Shown here one piece after another: positions 15,953 through 24,200 of a stretch of DNA of 38,987 nt. Below the pieces are notes generated by a model. It searched no databases, was not told the origin of the DNA, and saw nothing but the letters and a program-made list of their open reading frames with translations. A program made the position numbers and the translations under genes. The first letter of the stretch is position 1; each line of letters starts with the position of its first letter. Source of the DNA: Candidatus Nanohaloarchaea archaeon (GTDB lineage Archaea; Nanohalarchaeota; Nanosalinia; Nanosalinales; Nanosalinaceae). The stretch covers positions 1 through 38,987 of the forward strand of contig JBDGSH010000075.1 of the NCBI GenBank assembly GCA_042217665.1, written 5' to 3'.

Positions 15953-17314
15953 ATGTCTGAAGAAATCAGTGAAGAAAAAGTCGTAGAGCTTGTCTCAGGA
16001 GATGTAGAAGGGTTCAAAAATTTTGTAGAGGAACGTGATCTTTCAGAGGAGCAGCTTGAAAGACTTCTGAAAGACGAGAAAAAATCAAAGAACCGTTCAA
16101 CCGCTAAAAAACTTTTAAAACAAGAGAAAAAAAGTTTAGAGCTTGGAAAAAGACTTGAAAATTCAAAGGACGAGATTGACGACATCAAGAAAACTTTAAG
16201 ACGCATCAAAAAAGATTTCCAGCTCTCTCTTGACCAGGATTCAGAGGAAGAAATCGACCAGATGCAGGTGATCGAGCTAATCGAGGGCGATGCAGAAGAG
16301 TTCATAAGTTTTCTTAAAAAACATCATCTTTCTACAGAGCAGCTGGAAAACCTTTTAGAGTCGGAGAAACGGGCGAAGAACAGAAAAACTGTTAAAAACC
16401 ATCTTAGAAGCTTGAAGAAAAGAAAAAAGCTGGTTGACGACATTCAAAACGCTCTAGATCATCTGGAAGCTACAGGTTCCAGCATCGATGACATAAAAGA
16501 GGATTCTAACTTTATAGTTCCTGAAAACGAAGAGAACGAACCCTTAAACGAGGAAACCGGTGAAAAAACTGAAGAAAAGTCCGAGGAAGAAGAGACAGAT
16601 TCTAGCGAGGAACTACCTGAGCAACCGGGAGACAGTGAAAAAGACAGAGAGCGTTCTCAGGAAAATATAGAAAAACAACCCTCTAGAGACTCCAGAGATG
16701 TAGAAAAGGTTGAAGCCGACGAGAGACAGGAGATACTTGATTTTCTGGCGAAACACGGGGTTGACATCTCCGAGCTCCAGAATTCCTCTTTAGAAGATCT
16801 GAAAAAGCTGAAAAAGGAATTTGAAGACGACGAACAAAAGAAATCACGGCAGGAGATTGAGGAAGAAGCTGAAGAAGACCTAGAAGTTATAACCGGAGCG
16901 GTAAGAGATAAGAAGGAAGACGAAGAATCGGGAGCCGGTCAGAAAATTGAAGAATTCAAGGAGAGACTCCACGAACTGGTTGAAACCCCTGAAAGCCTCA
17001 AATCCAGTAAAAAATTCGACAAGCAGCAAACCCTGAAGATACTGGAGAACTACAGATCCCTAGACAACAGAGAAAAAGCTGTTAAGACTGCTCACCTGAT
17101 GAAAGGCTTCCTAGAATACCAATTCGGGATTCAAAGAGAGCTTACCTATTCTGAACTAGCTGAAGAGATTGAAGGAACAGAAAACGAAGATTTAAAGAAG
17201 CTTGAAAGTTTTTTCCAGGTAATGAGCCAGCACCAGTACCTTGAAAACGTAAAAGTCGAAAACGTTGACGACGTGATCGATCTATCGGAGAGAGTAGTTC
17301 GAGAGCTAGGCTGA
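15953..17314 (+). CDS. Acidic protein with internal ~48-aa duplication; the C-terminus is possibly DUF4129-like
   Basis: Repeat 1 (aa 9-56) is KVVELVSGDVEGFKNFVEERDLSEEQLERLLKDEKKSKNRSTAKKLLK. Repeat 2 (aa 105-152) is QVIELIEGDAEEFISFLKKHHLSTEQLENLLESEKRAKNRKTVKNHLR. A long E/D/K-rich linker follows. The C-terminal segment RELTYSELAEEIEGTENEDLKKLESFFQVMSQHQYLEN resembles the DUF4129-type ending often found beside MoxR/DUF58; this match is weak and from memory. Confidence 0.55.
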   Translation: MSEEISEEKVVELVSGDVEGFKNFVEERDLSEEQLERLLKDEKKSKNRSTAKKLLKQEKKSLELGKRLENSKDEIDDIKKTLRRIKKDFQLSLDQDSEEEIDQMQVIELIEGDAEEFISFLKKHHLSTEQLENLLESEKRAKNRKTVKNHLRSLKKRKKLVDDIQNALDHLEATGSSIDDIKEDSNFIVPENEENEPLNEETGEKTEEKSEEEETDSSEELPEQPGDSEKDRERSQENIEKQPSRDSRDVEKVEADERQEILDFLAKHGVDISELQNSSLEDLKKLKKEFEDDEQKKSRQEIEEEAEEDLEVITGAVRDKKEDEESGAGQKIEEFKERLHELVETPESLKSSKKFDKQQTLKILENYRSLDNREKAVKTAHLMKGFLEYQFGIQRELTYSELAEEIEGTENEDLKKLESFFQVMSQHQYLENVKVENVDDVIDLSERVVRELG

Positions 17315-17324
17315 GGCCGAAAAA

Positions 17325-17840
17325 ATGTTGCCTGAAAAACACCTAGACGATCTGGAACAGTCCGTCAAGAAGAAAAAACTCTATTCCCTAGCCGGCCACA
17401 CATTACTGTTCGCAGCCTCCTACCTTTTCATAGCGCCTCTAATCCACGAAACCGTACATATAATCGTCTTGGCAGTCTCAAACTGTTTTTACGAAACCAA
17501 CTGGAGCTTCAACATTATAAACGGTTTAAGAGCAACCGTCCAACCTCACTGCTCATTAAACAAGCTTAACCAGCTGATCTTCTACCTCTCAGGATACCTG
17601 ACAACCCTCGGATCAGCCGTAGCTATCCTAGCCGGCTCCAAGAAACTTGAGAGATATGGAAAACCCGGTTTCGCTGTTGCCTCCGGGTTGCTTCTATCGC
17701 TTGTCGGCAATATATCGCTTAGAGGCGATTTGAAAAACCTGAGGCTTCTACTGGATGCGCCGGTGTTCTTCACCTGGTTAATCTACCTAGGGATACTGGC
17801 AGCATGCTTTCTGCTTATATTCGAGCTTTACGAAGCCTAG
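17325..17840 (+). CDS. Small polytopic membrane protein with HExxH motif (putative membrane zincin, DUF3267-like)
   Basis: HETVH (17445-17459) sits at the end of the first TM (FIAPLIHETVHIIVLAV). There are 3-4 predicted TM helices. SD-like GAGG lies 9 nt upstream of the ATG. Confidence 0.5.
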   Translation: MLPEKHLDDLEQSVKKKKLYSLAGHTLLFAASYLFIAPLIHETVHIIVLAVSNCFYETNWSFNIINGLRATVQPHCSLNKLNQLIFYLSGYLTTLGSAVAILAGSKKLERYGKPGFAVASGLLLSLVGNISLRGDLKNLRLLLDAPVFFTWLIYLGILAACFLLIFELYEA

Positions 17841-20353
17841 AACGGTAAAACAGCCGACAACGGCAGAATTCCTGCTGTCTGAAGCGCGTACAACAGTATA
17901 ACGGTTTCTCCCAGCAACAGGATTATGAAAGGTATCTTCACCGACAGGTAATCCAGCTCGTACTTCTTGGTTATCAAACCGTAAACAATCAAAGCTGCAG
18001 TCCAGAGAATCGCTACAAGCGGCATCCTGTGTTTGGGAGGTATCAAGCCTTCCTGCGGAGTAATATCGATCTCTATATCGGAGAATGCGTAGGCGCCGTC
18101 GTTCGAGGAAACCACTAAAGTAGCTTCACAGCTAGCGGTGTCGTTATAGGCTTCAAACTCCATCTGAATCGATTTTGAGCCGTTTACACTGATCCTGTCT
18201 ATTGTTCCGGCCGAGAAATCTACGCAGTCCTCAGCGTTTTGAAGCCGTGCCTCGATCCCTTCCACCGGTCTCTTACCTGCGTTGGAGATAAGCACAGGTA
18301 TATCGGTTTCCTCAGTTTTCTGGATCTCTAAGGAACCTGGAGCTTCCTGTATCTCTATTTTTGGAACGTAGCTAGCTTTTTTAACCTCCAGTGTGAAGTA
18401 GTCAAGGTCTAACTGTCTTCCCTCGTAGTAACCTGAGACAGGAACCACGTAGGTTCCAGGATCCGTGTTTCTGGCCGGTCTTACGAATACTTCGCGTGTC
18501 ACGGTTTCGCCTACAGACAGGTTTCCTATCCGGGCGTTTCTGACCTCCCAGCTTTCTCTGAACTTGTCTATCATGGCTCTCAGTTCTATTCCCTGTAGCG
18601 AGGTATTTCCTACGTTGGTTACCTCTATCTCTGCGGCTTTGAAAACGCCTTGACGTGTTGTGTACTTGTCTTTTACAGGTTGAATGTTTATGCTTATCTC
18701 TGGTTCTGGCTTGGGTTCTGGCTTGGGTTCTGGTTCGGGTTCAGGTCTCGGCGTTGATCCTCTTGATGCGTTGTCTCCGGGTATTGACCTGTTGGATGTG
18801 AGGTTGCCTGAGCGGTTGGCTCCGCCTATTGAGTGGACGATTTCGAAGTTTCCGTAGAAGCTGAACTGTTCTATGAAGTCGTAGCTGTAGTTGCAGAGGA
18901 ATGTTTTGTTGCCAGTGTCTGCGCATCTGAGCGTGGTGTTGACGTAGTCCTTGTTGATTTTGAGCTGTGCGTATGTAGCGTTTTCTCCCGTGTCTTCGAT
19001 GTTTTGAATCTTAATTTTCTTGTCCTGTATTATGCTTCCTTCGTAGCCGCATTTCTCCGGTTTAAGCACGGAGTTCTCGGAGACGCAGGAGTAGTCGTAG
19101 TTTTTGGTTGAGGTAGCGTTAAAGAGGTATGCTGTGTACTCGGTGTCGTTAAGAGTTATCTCCGAACTGTAAGCTGTAGTACCGTTTCTCTGATTGTTTA
19201 TTGTTACGTTTGCGGTTTCTGTGAAGTTGGCCGTGGTTGTCTGCGCAGCTACGTAGTCCTGGCTGATCACAGTTTTGTTATGACAGAATAGGTCGGACTT
19301 GTTAGTGTCTCTGGTGCATTTGTAGCTGCTGTTCAACTCCTGAAGTTTTTTGCGTTTGTTCCTGACGCCTCCTGCCTCACAGGACGTGGATATACGGCTT
19401 CTACCGGTGTAGTTACCTATCTGGTACGTAGCTTTGAACAGCTCGAAGTAAGTTACTGCTTCACGGATTCTTACGTTTGGAAACTTTTCGCCTGGATAGC
19501 TCTGTATTACTTTTCCGATTTCTTCTCCTCTGCTCCAGGGATTGTCGCCTTCAAACGTTACGTCGAGGTAGTCGATGGTTATATTGGATTCTACGTTTCC
19601 TGAGTTCGATAAAATTTCCACGAATACTCCTGTCTTGTTTTGAACTATTTTTCCGTTTCCTGGAAGCAGGAAGTAGTCTAGCGTAGTGGAGCAGCTGGGC
19701 GCTACCTCTACCGTTACCTGAGTCGGATCTCTGACGTTGTATACCTGGAAGCTATGGTTTTCAAAATCCTTAAAGCCGTTGGAGTCTCTTGCTGTCACGT
19801 TGAAGCGGTATTCTGTTTTTTTCTCGGGTTTGAACTTTTTTTCAAATACTTGGAGGTTGTCCCTCTGTCTAACCTGTGAGGCTGTGAAGCTCTGGTTGCC
19901 TGACTCGTTGAGCGTTACTGTTTCTACGTTTTCCTGCGCGTCCAGGACTCTGATCTGTACTGTTACGTTTGAATTGATGTATGCCAGCAGAGGATGATTT
20001 ACTACGGATATTATACGTGGCTTGTCGCTTGCGATGTAAAAACTGCCGTCTAACAAACCATTTTGCTGGTTGAAGAGCGCGTAGCTGTATCTGCCCGGAT
20101 CTTGGATGTTTTGGAACTTGAAACTGATGTTTTGCTCTGCTTCTCTGGTCTGTCGAAATACAACGTCTTCTGTAGAGTTTTCTACCCGTAGCGTTACGTT
20201 TTCGGTTCCTGACAGGTTGGCTTTGAAGCTGAGGGTGTCGCCTGTCTCGAAGTATTTTTTCTGGTTGTCCTGGTTTGTAACCGTTATGTTTGATAGTGCG
20301 GCAGTGTTAGCCAGGAAGAAAAGCAGTGAGAGCGCTAGAACTGTTTTTTTCAT
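17837..20353 (-). CDS. Secreted Cys-containing multi-domain surface protein with PE/PK linker, CARDB/NEW3-like domains and two C-terminal TM helices
   Basis: Signal peptide MKKTVLALSLLFFLANTAA. Many N-X-S/T sequons. Linker PRPEPEPEPKPEPKPEPE. CARDB/NEW3-like segments (EIEVTNVGNTSLQGIELRA...LSVGETVTREVFV; IPVLISNAGKRPVEGIEARL). C-terminal TMs (PLVAILWTAALIVYGLI; IPFIILLLGETVILLYAL). The ATG directly abuts the upstream stop (TAAATG). Confidence 0.75.
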   Translation of the reverse strand: MKKTVLALSLLFFLANTAALSNITVTNQDNQKKYFETGDTLSFKANLSGTENVTLRVENSTEDVVFRQTREAEQNISFKFQNIQDPGRYSYALFNQQNGLLDGSFYIASDKPRIISVVNHPLLAYINSNVTVQIRVLDAQENVETVTLNESGNQSFTASQVRQRDNLQVFEKKFKPEKKTEYRFNVTARDSNGFKDFENHSFQVYNVRDPTQVTVEVAPSCSTTLDYFLLPGNGKIVQNKTGVFVEILSNSGNVESNITIDYLDVTFEGDNPWSRGEEIGKVIQSYPGEKFPNVRIREAVTYFELFKATYQIGNYTGRSRISTSCEAGGVRNKRKKLQELNSSYKCTRDTNKSDLFCHNKTVISQDYVAAQTTTANFTETANVTINNQRNGTTAYSSEITLNDTEYTAYLFNATSTKNYDYSCVSENSVLKPEKCGYEGSIIQDKKIKIQNIEDTGENATYAQLKINKDYVNTTLRCADTGNKTFLCNYSYDFIEQFSFYGNFEIVHSIGGANRSGNLTSNRSIPGDNASRGSTPRPEPEPEPKPEPKPEPEISINIQPVKDKYTTRQGVFKAAEIEVTNVGNTSLQGIELRAMIDKFRESWEVRNARIGNLSVGETVTREVFVRPARNTDPGTYVVPVSGYYEGRQLDLDYFTLEVKKASYVPKIEIQEAPGSLEIQKTEETDIPVLISNAGKRPVEGIEARLQNAEDCVDFSAGTIDRISVNGSKSIQMEFEAYNDTASCEATLVVSSNDGAYAFSDIEIDITPQEGLIPPKHRMPLVAILWTAALIVYGLITKKYELDYLSVKIPFIILLLGETVILLYALQTAGILPLSAVLPF
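18702..18749 (-). repeat. Four tandem copies of a 12-nt unit encoding the PE/PK linker
   Basis: Plus-strand units are ggttctggcttg, ggttctggcttg, ggttctggttcg, ggttcaggtctc. The first two are identical and the last two are degenerate. Confidence 0.8.
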
Positions 20354-21214
20354 TTAGATCACTCTCCAGAGGTAGATGACTGATGCCAGGAATATCAGAA
20401 GCATTACAAGAGTTTGTGGTCCTGGGAGAGCGGTGAAGTCGCCTGTTATGTTGTTGTCCGAGTTGTTGTTTGGTGTTTCCAGCTGTTGCGTGCCTCTGTC
20501 CTGGTTTTCTGCCGGTGCTCGCTGTTTTTCTTCTTTTTGCTGTTGTTCTACTGTTACGTTCGGGGTTCCTACTTCTGTATCGGTTTCTGCCGTAGCTTTT
20601 CCTCCGCCTCCTCCTGACGGCGCTATAGTGTTGACTGCTCCTCCGAACGCGTCTCTGACTGTTTCGGCAAAGTTTCCGACGGTTCCTGTGGCTTGGTCGA
20701 CGAAGGATTGGCTTGGTTGTTTTCCGAAGCTGAAGCCGTATGTTCTGACCTGTACTACGTCTTGGCGTGGGTCTACGTTTTCTGCGGAGTTGTTTTCCGG
20801 TGTTACTTGTTGTGCTTTGACTTTGACTCTGAAGTTCATGTTTTGAATGTCTTTGCTGCGTTCTGCTCTTATTTTTATTCTTGCTGTTTCTGTGTATTTT
20901 CCGTTTCCTCTGTAGAGCCAGTTTGTGTCTTCTTCAGGGTTTCTTGTTGTTTTTGATGGCGGCAGGATGAAGCTTTGGAAGCCTGAGCTGTATTCTTCCG
21001 GTATTTTGTATCTTACTGTTTCGCCTTGTTCTGTTTCCAGTGTCTGTAGCTCTATTTCGAGGTTTTCGTTGCCTGTGTTGATCATGTCGATGTAGAAGTT
21101 GGCTGTGCGGGAGTCGGTGGTTTTTGTTTTTTCGGAGGGCATGGTTCCGAATGATACGGCTGTGGCTCCTGTTATGAAGAGTACGAGTATTGCTGCTGTT
21201 GCCGTCTTCTTCAT
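20354..21214 (-). CDS. Secreted beta-sandwich protein with low-complexity stalk and extreme C-terminal TM anchor
   Basis: Signal peptide MKKTATAAILVLFITGATAVS. A beta-rich domain is followed by a G/Q/E/T-rich stalk (SGGGGGKATAETDTE...QQQKEEKQ...) and the C-terminal LPGPQTLVMLLIFLASVIYLWRVI. Confidence 0.7.
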   Translation of the reverse strand: MKKTATAAILVLFITGATAVSFGTMPSEKTKTTDSRTANFYIDMINTGNENLEIELQTLETEQGETVRYKIPEEYSSGFQSFILPPSKTTRNPEEDTNWLYRGNGKYTETARIKIRAERSKDIQNMNFRVKVKAQQVTPENNSAENVDPRQDVVQVRTYGFSFGKQPSQSFVDQATGTVGNFAETVRDAFGGAVNTIAPSGGGGGKATAETDTEVGTPNVTVEQQQKEEKQRAPAENQDRGTQQLETPNNNSDNNITGDFTALPGPQTLVMLLIFLASVIYLWRVI

Positions 21215-21221
21215 TTTGTAT

Positions 21222-24200
21222 CTAATTGGTGGTGTTCACCTTTATTGTTAAGGTTCCTGTGTAGGTGCCGTTGTAGTGGCCGAACGGTATTTCCTGCCAG
21301 AAGCACTGGTTGACGGTTTCTCCTGCCTGGAAGTTTTGGTCTATCTGTTCGAAGCTTCCTGTGAACTTGTTGCTGCCGCTGTAGCTGCATGTGGATCTGT
21401 AGCTCCATGACGTGTTTTCCGGTTCTATTATCTGGTTTGGCTGGTCTGTTCCGCCGACAAGTGAGAGTTTTGACATGTTCATCCATAGGCTTCCTGCGTT
21501 GGAGTCTTCGTCGAGTGAGACCGTGTATCCTTCGCTGTTTTTGGGCGCGCTAACTGTTTCGCCAGGGTAGCCCTGCGGGAAGTCTATTGCGGAGTAGTTT
21601 GTGTTTAAAAGCAGCAGTACGTCGATCGTGATTTTTCTGTTTACTGTGTGGTTCTTTTTGGCGTTTGTGCTGTTGGCTTTTACGTCGATCACGTGTTTTG
21701 AGTGTTCTGCTCCGGATGCGTTGACTTTCCACTGTACTGTGCAGTTTTCTCCCTGGTTGAGGCTGCATGTTTTCTTGTTTGTGTTAACCGTGTGTAGCGG
21801 GTTGCCTGTTTCGGGTACGAGGGTTTCTGGCGTGGTTCCTGTCCGGTTGTACCGCAGGTAGGTGTTTGCTGTGCCGCAGTCGGATTCAAGGCATTTTACT
21901 GTTGCGTTGGCTTTGAATGTCTTGTTCTGAGCTACTTTTGTGTCTGCTGCAGGGTTTTGAAGTGTGACGTTGAGTTTTCCTTTCGTTAAAAGCTTTATTG
22001 AGGTGTTTGCTTCTGTTTTTTCTGGCTGGATCTGTCTTGTGGTGTTGGCTGTGATGCTGCATGAGGCGGTGTAGTTGCCTTTTTGGTAGCTGTCTGTGTT
22101 CCATGTTAGTTGGGCTTCGCCTGTTTTATCTGTCTGGTTTTGGCCGAGGTAGAAGGTCTGTGTGGAGTTTTTGAGCCGGAATTCTACGTTGTAGTTTTTG
22201 ACGGGGTCGTTGTCCAGTGTTTTGTTGACGCTGCATCTGGTTGTTGCCTGTGCTCCTGAGATTTCTCCTGTCGGCGCGGTTATTGTTATGTTGGCTTTTT
22301 CCCAGATTTCCAGTGTCTGTGTTGTGGTGGTGTTGGTGTTGCCGTAGCTGTCGTTTGCGTGTATTTTCCAGCCTAGCGTCTGGTTTTGGTTGTCGCCTAT
22401 TGATGCTGTGAACTTGGAGACGTGCTGTGATCCTTCCAGGTTTTGTGGTGGTGCTAGCGACGAGTTTTGGAATGTTCCTGTCTGGTTTGTTGCCAGTTCT
22501 GCGGTTCCCAGCGTGTTCTGGTCTGTCCAGTTGGCTGATAGATTGATTTTTCCGCCTGTGTAGATTCTGTCGGTTTCCGAGCTGTTTCTTGTGGCGGTCA
22601 GGTTGTTCCAGTTTGGCGGGTTGGCGTCGATGTAGTATTCCAGTGTTGTGGTGTTGAGGTTTCCGGCTGTGTCGTTGGCGTATATTTTGACGGTGTGTGT
22701 TCCCGGTGTCCAGTTTGTCGTGTTGATTTTGAACGGTGAGGTCTGGGTCTGGTTGGTTCCGCTGTCGACGCTGTATTTGAGTGTGTCGAAGTGGTTTTCG
22801 GGGTCGTTTACGGCGAATGTTATGTTTTCTCCCTGTCCTATGTAGGATTTGTTGGCGGGTTTGAGGTTGTTGATTTTTGGTGGCTGGTTGTCTAGAGGTA
22901 TTACTACGTCGTCCTGGTCCCCGTAGCCTGAGGTCTGTTCTACCGTGGTGCTGCCGCCGTTGTATTCTATGAGTCCTCTGACTGTTGTGTTTCCTGTGCC
23001 TGTTAGCTGGAACCGGGTTGTGAAGGTTTGGAAGCCTCCTGCGGGACAGGTCTGGGAGCTGGCGACGTTCCAGTTAGGGTTTTCAGGTGTCTCTGTATAG
23101 ATGATGTTTACTGTGTCGTCGCTTGGCGTGGTTTCCCAGCAGTGTGCTTTTACCGATACCTCTACGGTGTGGTTTTGGGAGAATGTGGAGGCGTTCAGGT
23201 CTGTTATGTTGATTGCTTCGATTGATTCTGCTGAGTTGTAGGTTCCTGAGGTGCCGTCGCTGGCGGAGTCGACCGTGTTCGGGGAGTTGGGTTCGTTGGT
23301 TCCTATGTTGTCTTTTGAGATGATGAATGTTTCGTTGATGCGGCACGGCGATCTTCCTTCTGTGCATATCGGTGTGGTCCAGTAAGTGGAGTATTTTTCT
23401 GCGGGTGTTACCGCTGTGAACTTCCGGGTTTTTGAGTTCCAGTTGCCGTACCGGTCCTGGCAGGAGAACTTGATCGTGTGTTGGCGGTATTCGATGTTGT
23501 GGAGCTGGGTGGTGAAGCTGGTGTTGGTCTGTTTGGTCATGGAGACGTTTTCCCCATTGTCTAGACTGTAGCGGCATGCCTGTGTTTTCTCGTCGAGTGC
23601 GACTTTGGCTTGTATGTCGTTGGTCTGGTAGGTTCTGTTTTCCGGCGACTGTATGGTTATCTGCGGCCCTATACTGTCGACGAAGAAGTATTCTGTCTCT
23701 GAGTCCAGGTTTCCGGCTTCGTCTTCGGCGTAGAGTGTCAGGTGGTTGTCGCCCTGTCCGACGCTTATTGTGGTGTTTTCTGTTATGGTGATGTTTTTGT
23801 AGTTCTTGGTGGAGAAGAACGTCTTGTTGAGGTTGGGTTCGTCTACGGTGTAGTTGATCGGTATATTGTTGGTTGTGTAGGTTTTGTTCTCCGGTTTTGT
23901 GAGGTTGAGCCGTGGTTTTGTTTCGTCGACTATGAAACTGTATTTTTTGGTGTTGGAGTTGCCCTGTGTGTCGTTGGCGTAAATCTGTACTTCTATGGGT
24001 TCCTCCTGGCTGTGTGACAGGTTGATGTCGTAGCTTCCAATAAAGTCTGTGCTGTTCTGGTTTCCGTTGATGCTGTAGCTGACGTAATCAAGCTCCGGGT
24101 CTTTGACTGTGAAGTTGAGCGTCGTGTTACTTCTTACTGCGGTGTTGTTTTCCGGTCTGTCGAGTGTTATCAGTGGTGGTTTGTCGTCGACGATGTCGAA

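Noticed and set aside
15919-16305. 128-aa S/F-rich minus-strand ORF opposite the acidic repeat protein gene; also 13631..14005 and 14380..14799 opposite the moxR and DUF58 genes.
   Set aside because: These are antisense shadows of E/K-rich or well-supported genes. GAA/AAG-rich sense codons give TTC/CTT-rich antisense frames that lack stops.
20357-20434. Possible archaeosortase-type C-terminal sorting signal (LPGPQ + TM + RVI) on the 286-aa protein.
   Set aside because: The motif is not PGF, PEF or VPXXXP, the basic cluster is a single Arg, and no archaeosortase gene is in the window. A plain C-terminal TM anchor is the simpler reading.
20376-20846. Antisense plus-strand ORFs rich in G/V/F/C/L/S opposite the minus-strand surface genes (for example 20376..20846, 30098..30463, 36710..37051, 29024..29341, 32621..32998).
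   Set aside because: They are the complements of well-supported genes and have G/T-rich, low-complexity composition. None has a promoter or SD context.
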